Source: an uncultured bacterium (GTDB taxonomy: Bacteria; Macinerneyibacteriota; Macinerneyibacteria; Macinerneyibacteriales; CAYRFE01). Taken from it: a stretch of 64,000 bases of DNA. Positions 36,132-46,255 of this stretch are shown one piece after another; positions within the stretch are counted from its first letter, which is position 1, and each line of letters begins with the position of its first letter. The stretch spans positions 20,085 to 84,084 of the forward strand of contig CAYRFE010000012.1 in the NCBI GenBank assembly GCA_964423645.1, read 5' to 3'. The translations under genes were made by a program, and so were the position numbers. A model generated the notes under the pieces. The model was not told the DNA's origin. It did not search any database and was given only the letters and a program-made list of their open reading frames with translations.

Positions 36132-38743
36132 CTCAGAATACTCAGCTTTAACCGTGATGTGTGACCACTCCATGAAACTACACAAAAATATGTTCCCGTA
36201 GCAAGGTCAGAAACATCCAAAGTGATATAATTTTCTCCGCCGATCAATTGTCGTGATATGTTTTTTATTTTGTGCATTCGAGCAGAAAACAATGATATCT
36301 CAGCCGTTTCTCCTAACTCCGCCTTGACAAATACTGTTACCGTCGAAGACGATGAAGGATTTGGATAAACATATACATGTCCGTTATGTAACGGTGTCAC
36401 TTCTCCGTCTACTTTTTTTGCAACATTCCCTGTTCTGAATGTTATAAAACCGGGAAATGAATAAAAAAGTGACGAATCATGATACAATAAGGTCTCTTCA
36501 GTGACGGTATCAATGACGGGTGTACCGACGTGCGTAAAGTACGTGGAACCCTCCTTGCTCCAGTCATATCGACTGATTGCATCGCCGACACTGAAAAGAA
36601 ATAACCCGCCGTTATCACGCGCAATTGTCATAAAAGAAACATTTTTTAAAGGGAGTACCCTTTCCGCATATCCATTTGGCGTGTAAATGATAACGTTATC
36701 GTGAAACGAGGCAAATAACTCGGCGGTACCGTCACTGTCATAGTCAGCAAAGAAAAAATCTTTCGGCACATCAGACAATGTCAGAACGCGCTCGGGATGA
36801 TCATTATTCATTTGATAGATATCGCCGCCATCACTGTAATAGAGCCGATCTTCATAGATACACAGCTGTTCGCCCAATCGGGTATCATGCAAATACCATG
36901 CATTACTCTTAAAATTGTACCATGAGCTCTCATGCAATATGCTACGTTCAGCTCCGGTATAACTCTGAGAAGCGATGGTTTGAAATGATTCACTCAGACA
37001 TAACACATTGTTCTCCCCAAGAACATACCAATTCACACCTTCGCGTGTGATCGTCTGTGCTGCAAACGGAAAAACTGCAAGAGCGGTCGTGCAATCTGTC
37101 ACTTGATACACCGCATGTGAAGTAAATATTAGTGTATCACGTATGTGTACTACTTGTTCATCGGCAGAAAAAGTGTGGATCTCTGCATTGTCTGAGAGGG
37201 CAGTCACAACACCGTTTTCAGTCACGAAAAAACCATTCCCGACATGTACACCCTCATTGAATGAGAAAGGGAAATAATCACGCCGTGTGTTTTCAATCGT
37301 GATCGTGGCGGTACGAGCAAGTATATCGGAATGGATATTTGACAGTACAATACCCGTACGTCGACCCGCGGCATCATTGGCAGAAGGATTTGTTTTGTCA
37401 TTAAAACGGGTCCAGCGAAATTTCTTGAGCACACTGTCGCTAAAACAATCATACACATCGCCAATACTTCCGGTCTGTCCCCATGGTTTATCAAGATCAT
37501 TGAAGCCGTCGGCTTCCTCAATATCGATGCCCTTTGAGACGCCGGATATCGGTGTCGCAGGAATTTGTTCAATGACATCATGACGAATATGATATACCAT
37601 CACTCCCATGGGGGTGCATGTTTCTCGTATGACCATCTTTCCGCTTCCGTTCATCCCCAATTCAGTGACGCTATATCCGTTTTCAAAATATTTCTCTATA
37701 CCGGTTCGTTCACGGTTTTCTATTAAGAAATATTCATTACTGTTCACGTGTATTTTCAATACCTGATTCCCTGTCCACATAGAGTTCGGCAAATCCGCCG
37801 CACTCGCATGAATAAGAAACGTTCCGTTTGCTGCAACTTCCGTAACAGATGCCCACCCCATCAAAATCTTGGTATATGCCGTGGGGTGCATAGGTGCAAA
37901 ACCATTATAATTCCATAACCCATATGCCATGAGATCCCACAAGCCCAAACCGCTTGATTGTCCGTTCATATTGAACGTAAGCGGCATCCCCATCGCTTGT
38001 CCAAACGTAAAAGCCGCAGAACCCAAGAGACCTCGTTTTAGATTTCCCCGAGTTTGTGTCTCAGGTAAAATGATGACTGATTGTGGATTAAATGCACCGT
38101 ATTGAAGCAATTGTCCCGTTTTTTCAAAATATTCCTCCGCAGTGAGAACCCCCGAAAGAATATCATTCGGTGTGGTCGAACTCATATCACTTTCTTCTCC
38201 GGCGCCTGCGTGAAGCACTACGATAAAATCATATTCACGATCGGCATACGCACCGGATGCAGCCAGTGCATCTTTGATGAGTCTGCTATAACCCGATGCA
38301 GTATCGTGAGGGTCATCATAATAGGACATAGCATGCGGCATCACGACAATTTCGGTCATAACTATATCATTAAGATCAAATAAATCATTGGATATTTCTC
38401 GAAAATAATCTCGTAATGAATACGTATGTACATTCGTGCCGTTTTCATATACATACTCCGGTTCAACGTCCGCATACGAAAAAATCGTAAAATAATCCAT
38501 GTTTTTCGGATTTCGATCAGCTAATGTGCGCAAAATAAAGCGACCGTCCCCGTATGTCAATGGATCATTGTCTGCGGGGAATTCAGTACGAATAACCAGG
38601 ACCGAATGATTCCCCAGCCATGCACGGGAAGAAATGTGCGATCCGTCCGATCCTACTATTTTCCCGTTGTTACCTACAAAGGGCGATGCCCACAAAGGAA
38701 TTACTACCATACACCATAACAATATACTAATAGGTGACTTCAT
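36128..38743 (-). CDS. Secreted T9SS-cargo protein with M6 (InhA)-like region lacking HExxH
   Basis: Signal peptide. C-terminal approx. 80 aa match the T9SS type-A sorting domain pattern (VYPNPSSS…ISLFS…GTYF…). VVLHAGAGEE and WDLMAYGLWNYNGF…MGW resemble the InhA/M6 fold, but FTFGQAMGMP sits where HExxH would be. Confidence 0.6.
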   Translation of the reverse strand: MKSPISILLWCMVVIPLWASPFVGNNGKIVGSDGSHISSRAWLGNHSVLVIRTEFPADNDPLTYGDGRFILRTLADRNPKNMDYFTIFSYADVEPEYVYENGTNVHTYSLRDYFREISNDLFDLNDIVMTEIVVMPHAMSYYDDPHDTASGYSRLIKDALAASGAYADREYDFIVVLHAGAGEESDMSSTTPNDILSGVLTAEEYFEKTGQLLQYGAFNPQSVIILPETQTRGNLKRGLLGSAAFTFGQAMGMPLTFNMNGQSSGLGLWDLMAYGLWNYNGFAPMHPTAYTKILMGWASVTEVAANGTFLIHASAADLPNSMWTGNQVLKIHVNSNEYFLIENRERTGIEKYFENGYSVTELGMNGSGKMVIRETCTPMGVMVYHIRHDVIEQIPATPISGVSKGIDIEEADGFNDLDKPWGQTGSIGDVYDCFSDSVLKKFRWTRFNDKTNPSANDAAGRRTGIVLSNIHSDILARTATITIENTRRDYFPFSFNEGVHVGNGFFVTENGVVTALSDNAEIHTFSADEQVVHIRDTLIFTSHAVYQVTDCTTALAVFPFAAQTITREGVNWYVLGENNVLCLSESFQTIASQSYTGAERSILHESSWYNFKSNAWYLHDTRLGEQLCIYEDRLYYSDGGDIYQMNNDHPERVLTLSDVPKDFFFADYDSDGTAELFASFHDNVIIYTPNGYAERVLPLKNVSFMTIARDNGGLFLFSVGDAISRYDWSKEGSTYFTHVGTPVIDTVTEETLLYHDSSLFYSFPGFITFRTGNVAKKVDGEVTPLHNGHVYVYPNPSSSSTVTVFVKAELGETAEISLFSARMHKIKNISRQLIGGENYITLDVSDLATGTYFCVVSWSGHTSRLKLSILR

Positions 38744-40034
38744 AGCGCTCCATTCTTTTTTTCAACTCTTCAATACTTAATCCCAAAATTCGGGCACTTC
38801 GTTCATGATTCCCCCCCGTAAGCATATAGACCCTCGAGAGAATTTCTTTTTCTTGCGAGGTGAGAAATGAATCAAGATTGATGTTTGTATGCATAAAATG
38901 AGCCTCATCATAATACAAATAACTGCCTTCGGTTAGAACCAACGTTCGTTCTATAAAATTACGTAATTCACGAATATTTCCCGGCCATGTATAAATGAGC
39001 ATGTACTTTTCAAGATCATGGTGAAGCGTTTTCGTATCCATCCCGTATTGATTACACAAAAAAGAAATGAAGTAATGTGCGAGCGGAATGATATCTTTTT
39101 TACGCTCTCGTAACGGGGGTATGGTCATTTCCACAACATTGATACGATAATACAGATCTTCGCGAAATACTCCTTGCGATACGAGCAAAGGAATATGCGT
39201 ATTAGTTGCAGTGATTAATCGAAAATCAGCCTCGATGGACATTTTACCGCCAAGTCGTTGAATTTTCTTATCTTGCAGAATTCTCAGCAATGCGGCTTGA
39301 TTACGAGCAGGTAAATCACCTATCCCATCCAAAAACAATGTACCGCCGTGAGCGCGTTCACATAAACCTTTTTTTGCCGCATCTGCGCCGGTAAAAGCTC
39401 CCTTTTCAAAACCGATAACCTCAGCTTCAAAAAGCGATTCAGGTATTGCCCCACATCCCAACGTGACAAATTCTCCCGATGCAACACGGGAATGTTTGTG
39501 GATAAATCGAGCGAGGACATCCTTGCCGACGCCGTGCTCACCATATAACACAACCGACGCGTCTGTTGCGGCGACCTGTGTGGCATCCTTAAGCACTTTA
39601 TGCATTTTCTTATCGTGTATTGCGTCAAATATATCGTCACTGTAATGTACCAAGGCATTATTCCTCGCCTCTATCGCCTTGCCGACCTTTTCTTTTAAAA
39701 TATCTTCATCCGCTGTTTTTTCCATAAAATCAACCGCTCCGAGTTTTAACGCTTCTACTGCAAGCGCAATACTGCCATGCCCGGTGAGCATGATAACCGG
39801 AATACTTTTGTAGGTTGCACGAATTTTTTTGAGACATTCCATACCATCCATGAACGGCATTTTAATGTCGCATATGACAATATCAATTTTTTCTTCTTGA
39901 AGAAGAGTAAAGGCTTCCAGCGGATGCGCTGCTTCAAAACATTCATGCCCCATTTCATGAGCGATAATACAGATCATTTTCCGAATATTTTTCTCGTCAT
40001 CAACGACAAGAATTTTTGCAAAATTACCCTTCAT
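38727..40034 (-). CDS. Sigma-54-dependent response regulator (NtrC family)
   Basis: REC domain. AAA+ domain (GEHGVGKD, GAFTGAD). C-terminal HTH. Confidence 0.85.
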   Translation of the reverse strand: MKGNFAKILVVDDEKNIRKMICIIAHEMGHECFEAAHPLEAFTLLQEEKIDIVICDIKMPFMDGMECLKKIRATYKSIPVIMLTGHGSIALAVEALKLGAVDFMEKTADEDILKEKVGKAIEARNNALVHYSDDIFDAIHDKKMHKVLKDATQVAATDASVVLYGEHGVGKDVLARFIHKHSRVASGEFVTLGCGAIPESLFEAEVIGFEKGAFTGADAAKKGLCERAHGGTLFLDGIGDLPARNQAALLRILQDKKIQRLGGKMSIEADFRLITATNTHIPLLVSQGVFREDLYYRINVVEMTIPPLRERKKDIIPLAHYFISFLCNQYGMDTKTLHHDLEKYMLIYTWPGNIRELRNFIERTLVLTEGSYLYYDEAHFMHTNINLDSFLTSQEKEILSRVYMLTGGNHERSARILGLSIEELKKRMERYEVTY

Positions 40035-43000
40035 AATGCTCCGTTGTAAAGATCAGATACATATCGCTGCCTTCCCCTTCGCGAACCTGGACATACACTT
40101 CGTTACCGTATTCATTCATGATCTTTTTCACGATATATAAACCCAATCCGCTCCCGCCTTTTTTGGAAGAGTAGAACGGCTCAAAAATCTGCTCTCGTAT
40201 CTCCTGCCGTATTCCACCGGCGTTATCCTTGACATGGATCACAACATAGGACGATTGGGTATCTATATTCGGTATATTCCACTCAGTCGGTAGTGTAGCA
40301 TAATATGCGCTTATTTCAATCGGTTTTGTCTCAGGTATCGCCTCAATGGCATTTTTTAGAATATTTTTGAGGATCATGCGTAATTTATTCGGAGGGAAAT
40401 ACACAAGCGGTAATTTTTCGGATATATTGAGCAGGATCGGATATGGTTTAAACCCGTTCACAAGAGCTCCGATTTCGCCTGCGATATCAAGCGCATTCAC
40501 GTTTGCTTCACCTTTTTGTGTCATTTCACGAAAATCACGCACAAGAGATCCGATCGCTGCAGTTTCTTCTCGCATTACGGTAAGAAGTTCCTGAAATACC
40601 GAACGCTCTTCCGCGGTTATGGATAATGATGCAGTGGCTTTTTCTAAGCGATTGACTGAAAACTCTAATGGCATCAGGGGATTTTTCAGTTCATGAGCTA
40701 TTTCTTGCGCAACATCAAACCATACCTGGGCTTTCTCCGCGATCACAAAAGATGTGATATCTGAAACCGTAAAAATATATCCGTACTTAAAATGACGTAT
40801 TGTGATCCGTAAAATATGACCTTTATATCGCAACTCTGTGACAACCGGCTTAAAAAAATCAACCGGAATTTCTATCACATCATGGGGCTGTCGATGTAAT
40901 TCTATATTCGGCGATAAACGTTCCATATCGTCGTTATAGAGCATAATTCCTCTTTTTTTGTCATACACTACCGCCGCTACAGGTAATGAACCGATTATTT
41001 CACGTAAAAAATTCTGTGTATCGTTGAGATTTATTTTATACGCCGAGAGCTTTGCCAACATCGTATTGAAATTACTCAATAACGTATTTATCTCAGTGAT
41101 ATCGGTCTTGCGTTCTATTTTATATGAAAAATTACCGACACTTACTTCTTTCGTAGCCTCAATAAGATCAGTTAAAGGATAAATAATCTTCATAAAAAAC
41201 ACGGTAAACATCCTCAATACTGCAGCGATCAACACAACATTAATCACCATAAACAGAATAATAGTATCAAAAAAATCTTCTCGTTGCATACGATTTAACG
41301 CGACAGTTGTCCTCACGGTGAGTCCCTTTGTCAACGGATCGGCATAATACACGTCAACGATACCTTTTCCCCAAAAATAGGTGTATATCTCTCTTTTATT
41401 TTCGAGAGCCGTAAGCATATCAAATGGAAGATAGTCACGTTTAAGATTTAAGCGATAGAGATCCTCATTATACGACAAAATTCGCTGTGGCCCTGAATAT
41501 AATGACCATTCATTTCCCCATGGGATCTCACTAAAAGCACCGGGGGTATTAAAAATGCGTCCCGAGTAAAAATGCGCATACCATGTGCGGGCATTTTTCA
41601 ATATCAATGCCCGAGTTTGCGATACCTCCTTGCTGATATAGTGTTTGAGTGATGAAGTATAATTATTAAAAATAAGCATAGTACTAAATATAAACGGCAA
41701 TACAAGGAAAAACAATACGATCAGCATCATTCGTATACGAAAATCAAATTGTACGCGGAATGATTTTGAAAAAATTATCTTTAACAATAAAAAAATCACT
41801 ATGACTCCGCATGCCGAAATACATGCTCGAAAAATGATATATTCCGTTCGTTTTATCCAAACGGTGATAACATCCGTACCCTCAGACACACTTAATGAAC
41901 GAAAATGCGATGAGGGTCGTTCGCCAAATCCCGTAGAAAAAACAGTCACTCCGGATGATTTTCGTGTAAAAACGATCGGGATCTCAGCGTCATAACGCCA
42001 ATAATCCTTTGCGATACCTACCACAATGCTTCCTATGAGTTTATTTTCTTGAAATACCTGCACACGATGCATCCAAAAATTCCCGCCGTCAACTATTGCA
42101 GGTGAAAAATTTTTCGTCGGATATGTTACCAGGGAACAGCGAAAAGAAAATGAGCTGATTATATCCCCGTCAGTGTTCTCAAAATATAAAAAATGCGGGT
42201 ACAGCTTGTGCACCAATGGTGTGTTTGACCATTTATAGAACGCAAAATTATTATCATCATAATTGATCCGCTCTGCAAGTGTCCACCGGATTTGTTCATC
42301 ATTGCGAAGAATATCGGCGGTCAAATCCATCGTATTTTGTACTTCACGCTCGCTTTGCTTGACAAAATATTGAATGGTATGAGTTGTGTTTTTTCCGTGC
42401 CGCATCGCATATACAGGATAAAGCATCATAAAAAAAAGAACTGCGCCTGCGAGAATATGAATTTGTCGTATAACCGTACAATGTTTTCGTGTTAAAAACA
42501 ATACGGAAGCAATACTTATTAAAAAAATCATCATCGGTACCGAAACCCACATTCCGACGATTGACAGTACAATTGCGAGGCCTTCTTTCGTATGTCGACC
42601 TAAATGAGGCACAACAAAAAGAATTGCCAAAAATCCCGCACAACACGCCAAAATATACATAAAATACGATGCAGTGAACACCCCGAAGACAAATGCTCCG
42701 ATAAGCATGTGATTCGGAAATACTTGCAACAATAAGGCCAAAAACGGAAAAAATATTGTTGCTGTCGTGATCAAATCCCAATAGGTTATATGGTGGATCT
42801 CATTGAGTACGTAATCCATAATGATCGTCCGATCGACTATCAGGATAAGAACAGTACAACATACTGCGACCAAAGGATACGGCAACATTATGACCAGTGC
42901 AACACCGAATAACACATGAAGAATAAGTATTTGTTTACCACTAAAAAGACGAAATGACGCGATTACAACAATCATGAATGTGAGAAAAAAAAACATTTTA

Positions 43001-43779
43001 CGTAAAAGCACAACATAATCAGATATCCCCGGTGATTGTAATTTAATAAGAAACGAGTCATCGATTTTTGTATACAACGCGTTCTTTTCTGCGATAAATA
43101 CATGCTCACCACTTTTAAGATCATTAAAAGCAATAACCTCGCGGTTCACATACATTTGCCCTTGGCGTACATACAATGTGATACTCATTGAGTTTTTATA
43201 TTCAAAATGTTTCAACCAATCAGATTTCATATCCTGTGAGCGATACATATTCGACAAAAAGTGCCTGAGGTAATATTTCTTACCACCACTTTTGACACAA
43301 AATCGCAGACTGATATCGTTATTATACACTGTCAGTTCCGGATAGTGCAAACAAGCAGTAAATACGTCATCCGGTAAAAAATCTTCCGAACCGGACCATG
43401 TGAGTAACGTAGAATGTGAATCCACGATTCGGTAACCCCGGTCATGATTGATCGAGTATTGTTCGTTAACAAATGATTGCCAATCGTTGTACATCGAACT
43501 TCGCAACACATTAAACTCTTCATTAATGCGCGCCTTTGCATCAAAAAGTTTATTCTCTATAAATTCAGAGTTATGAGTAAGATCATGATTGCTCACCCAA
43601 TAAAGCACACCGCAACACACCATTATAAAACCGACATACCGCAATCGTGACACAAAAAACATACTCAATGAAACTACAATAAAAGCAAGAAATACTGCGG
43701 GATTAGGAAAAAAATAGTGCAACAAGCTCGCAGTGATACACATGATCAACAAAATCATATCGCATCTCCCGATGTACAT
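40024..43779 (-). CDS. Large polytopic sensor histidine kinase (1251 aa)
   Basis: More than 10 predicted TM helices in two blocks. HisKA H-box AHELKNPLMPL. HATPase_c (DNAGGI, GSGLGLYIV). Confidence 0.8.
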   Translation of the reverse strand: MYIGRCDMILLIMCITASLLHYFFPNPAVFLAFIVVSLSMFFVSRLRYVGFIMVCCGVLYWVSNHDLTHNSEFIENKLFDAKARINEEFNVLRSSMYNDWQSFVNEQYSINHDRGYRIVDSHSTLLTWSGSEDFLPDDVFTACLHYPELTVYNNDISLRFCVKSGGKKYYLRHFLSNMYRSQDMKSDWLKHFEYKNSMSITLYVRQGQMYVNREVIAFNDLKSGEHVFIAEKNALYTKIDDSFLIKLQSPGISDYVVLLRKMFFFLTFMIVVIASFRLFSGKQILILHVLFGVALVIMLPYPLVAVCCTVLILIVDRTIIMDYVLNEIHHITYWDLITTATIFFPFLALLLQVFPNHMLIGAFVFGVFTASYFMYILACCAGFLAILFVVPHLGRHTKEGLAIVLSIVGMWVSVPMMIFLISIASVLFLTRKHCTVIRQIHILAGAVLFFMMLYPVYAMRHGKNTTHTIQYFVKQSEREVQNTMDLTADILRNDEQIRWTLAERINYDDNNFAFYKWSNTPLVHKLYPHFLYFENTDGDIISSFSFRCSLVTYPTKNFSPAIVDGGNFWMHRVQVFQENKLIGSIVVGIAKDYWRYDAEIPIVFTRKSSGVTVFSTGFGERPSSHFRSLSVSEGTDVITVWIKRTEYIIFRACISACGVIVIFLLLKIIFSKSFRVQFDFRIRMMLIVLFFLVLPFIFSTMLIFNNYTSSLKHYISKEVSQTRALILKNARTWYAHFYSGRIFNTPGAFSEIPWGNEWSLYSGPQRILSYNEDLYRLNLKRDYLPFDMLTALENKREIYTYFWGKGIVDVYYADPLTKGLTVRTTVALNRMQREDFFDTIILFMVINVVLIAAVLRMFTVFFMKIIYPLTDLIEATKEVSVGNFSYKIERKTDITEINTLLSNFNTMLAKLSAYKINLNDTQNFLREIIGSLPVAAVVYDKKRGIMLYNDDMERLSPNIELHRQPHDVIEIPVDFFKPVVTELRYKGHILRITIRHFKYGYIFTVSDITSFVIAEKAQVWFDVAQEIAHELKNPLMPLEFSVNRLEKATASLSITAEERSVFQELLTVMREETAAIGSLVRDFREMTQKGEANVNALDIAGEIGALVNGFKPYPILLNISEKLPLVYFPPNKLRMILKNILKNAIEAIPETKPIEISAYYATLPTEWNIPNIDTQSSYVVIHVKDNAGGIRQEIREQIFEPFYSSKKGGSGLGLYIVKKIMNEYGNEVYVQVREGEGSDMYLIFTTEHYEG

Positions 43780-43907
43780 GTGTGAGGATAGGGATCATGC
43801 ATGTCGTTTCCGGGAAAAATGTCCAATAGAAAAAACATCATTTTGAGACAAAGAATGCACGGTTTTCGTAAAATATGAGTGAAAAATACGCGCACGGCGT
43901 CGTCCAT

Positions 43908-45107
43908 TTAGTGCCCGATATTTCTTTTTTTATATCGAAAAACAGTAAATACGGGAAGGGAAATATTTGTTTTCACTTCATAGCGTCGATCCGTTTTTGC
44001 ATCGGTCGTATGTATTTTTTTTTCGTCATAAATTGATTCAAACAACGCCTCCCCCTCATCGCCTGCAGGTGTGAAATAATGATATGAGTGCCCTTCAAAA
44101 AACGGGGCCTTTGCGATGATACGGCCATCTTCCTCGATATATCCGAGTACATCATAATCTGATTTTGCAGTTGACGAGGTCAGATTTGATTCATAATGAT
44201 CTGCCCCGAGCAAAAAACCTTCGTGATATCCGCGATTATTCGCCTCGAACAAGCTTTCTCTCCACCGTGGATCCACAGGGGTATTCTCACGTAAAGCATT
44301 TATATGAAGACGATATGCACGAACGACCATTGCCAAATACAAAATACCTTTTATACGTCCTTCAATTTTAAAACTTTTCACGCCCGCATCAATGAGCGAT
44401 TGCAACCGATCATATAACATCAGATCTTTTGAATTGAATATATACATCCCTTCTTCATCTTCTTCGACATCAAATAATTCATTGGCTCGCGTGCGTTCAC
44501 GAACAACATATTCCCATCGGCAAGGATGCGCACAATCCCCCTGATTTGCATCACGACCTGTCATATATTTACTCATAAGACACCGACCCGAATATGCCAT
44601 ACACATCGCTCCATGGACAAAAACCTCACACTCTGCTCCGACCGAAGCCGAGATACCTCGTATCTCTTCAATTGTTAACTCACGTGCAAGAATTAAACGT
44701 GTGGCACCTAAATCATACCACATGCGTGCAGTTTCAGAATCCGTAATGTTTGCCTGTGTACTGACATGTATAGGTATATCGGGGGCATGCTTTCGAACAA
44801 GTGCCATCATACCCAAATTAGATATGATCACCCCGTCTGGTTTGACGGAATCCAGAAATTGAAGATATTCCACAATGCCGTTGTAATCGTCGTTTCGCTG
44901 GTAGGTATTGAGCGTCACATATCCCTTTTTGCCCGACCGATGTAAATAGTGAACCGCCTCAGCAAGTTCATTATCGGAAAAATTACCGCTTCGAGCGCGT
45001 AGATTAAATGCTTTCCCGCCAAAATAGACTGCATCCGCACCGTATGCGGATACGAGACGAAGTTTCTCGAATGAACCTGCCGGAGCGAGTAATTCTACTT
45101 TTTCCAT
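43908..45107 (-). CDS. Peptidase U32 family protein (collagenase-like PrtC/YhbU type)
   Basis: N-terminus MEKVELLAPAGSFEKL…AVYFGG and ExGxxxxxC-type U32 signature region. Confidence 0.8.
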   Translation of the reverse strand: MEKVELLAPAGSFEKLRLVSAYGADAVYFGGKAFNLRARSGNFSDNELAEAVHYLHRSGKKGYVTLNTYQRNDDYNGIVEYLQFLDSVKPDGVIISNLGMMALVRKHAPDIPIHVSTQANITDSETARMWYDLGATRLILARELTIEEIRGISASVGAECEVFVHGAMCMAYSGRCLMSKYMTGRDANQGDCAHPCRWEYVVRERTRANELFDVEEDEEGMYIFNSKDLMLYDRLQSLIDAGVKSFKIEGRIKGILYLAMVVRAYRLHINALRENTPVDPRWRESLFEANNRGYHEGFLLGADHYESNLTSSTAKSDYDVLGYIEEDGRIIAKAPFFEGHSYHYFTPAGDEGEALFESIYDEKKIHTTDAKTDRRYEVKTNISLPVFTVFRYKKRNIGH

Positions 45108-46120
45108 GAGGGATACTTTCGTCGTGCTTGTAAATGTTCTTCATAGGTTCGAGAGAAATAATGAGAACCGTCATTTTTCGACACAAAATAGAGATAATCG
45201 GTGTCAGACGGAAATAATACTGCACGAATTGATGCAATTGATGGACTGTTTATCGGCGTTGGCGGCAATCCCGCAACTTTATACGTATTGAATGGAGATT
45301 TAATCTCCAAATCGCTGTATAACAGATAGGACTTATGTTTCCCGTGTGCGTATAAGACAGTCGCACAACTTTCCAACGGTTGCCGGATACGTAATCGCGT
45401 TAAAAATACTTGTGCGATAATCGGTTGCTCATCAGGTATTTGATATTCCCATTCGACAATGGAAGCCAAAGTCAGAATTTCTTGAAAGGTCATCGTTGAC
45501 TCATGTATCGCTTTTTCCAGACCCGACGAAGCAATTTTCAATTGCAATTGTTCATGCATCCGCGTAATAATGGTCAGGGGCTTTTCACCCTTCACAAAAT
45601 AGTAGGTATCGGGATAGAGATACCCCTCCAATGTCGAAGACTGAATCCCCAAAGAAGACAATGTCTCTTTGTCATCAAAATATTTCATAAACTCTGACGT
45701 ATCATCAACAATACCTTTTTCAACGAGTAACTCTGCAATTTTTTTATATGTCCACCCTTCGGGAATAGTCACTTTTTCACCCTGCTCTCGCCCCTTCGCT
45801 AATATTTTCGCTAATGATGCAATCGTGATCGGTGATTTCAAATAATAATCACCTGCATTTATTTGACCGGGGAAAACACGATAATACAATCGAAACATGG
45901 TTGGAGATACTCGTATACCCGATTGAAACAATGTCCGTAGTACGACCATGCCGGAATCGCCCTTTTCAACTTTTAAATATACCACTCCTTGAAATGTAAT
46001 CGGCCTGTACCACGAATAAAGAGTAGTGATAATAAAAAAAACTGCAACCGACGCCGCAATAAGATACCAATTGATTTTTGACCGTTTATAGGATCGAATT
46101 CCCTGAAATAATGAACTCAT
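45095..46120 (-). CDS. mltG: Endolytic murein transglycosylase MltG (YceG family)
   Basis: N-terminal TM, then YceG-like domain (…GDYYLKSP…, TIPEGWT, SIVEWE). Confidence 0.8.
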   Translation of the reverse strand: MSSLFQGIRSYKRSKINWYLIAASVAVFFIITTLYSWYRPITFQGVVYLKVEKGDSGMVVLRTLFQSGIRVSPTMFRLYYRVFPGQINAGDYYLKSPITIASLAKILAKGREQGEKVTIPEGWTYKKIAELLVEKGIVDDTSEFMKYFDDKETLSSLGIQSSTLEGYLYPDTYYFVKGEKPLTIITRMHEQLQLKIASSGLEKAIHESTMTFQEILTLASIVEWEYQIPDEQPIIAQVFLTRLRIRQPLESCATVLYAHGKHKSYLLYSDLEIKSPFNTYKVAGLPPTPINSPSIASIRAVLFPSDTDYLYFVSKNDGSHYFSRTYEEHLQARRKYPSWKK

Positions 46121-46255
46121 AGCAAAATCAACTCCCCGTTCTAAAATATTTTTTTCTCATCAGGCACACTGCATTTTATATCGTTATCACAATCACACAT
46201 GTAACTTCATACACAGCCAGCGAATAATTATACCGAAAGAGCTCCATGCCTTTTC

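Noticed and set aside
43780-43907. Sigma-54 promoter upstream of the large histidine kinase operon
   Set aside because: Scanned the minus strand for TGGCAC-N5-TTGC. Only a partial GGCAC without a -12 element was seen.
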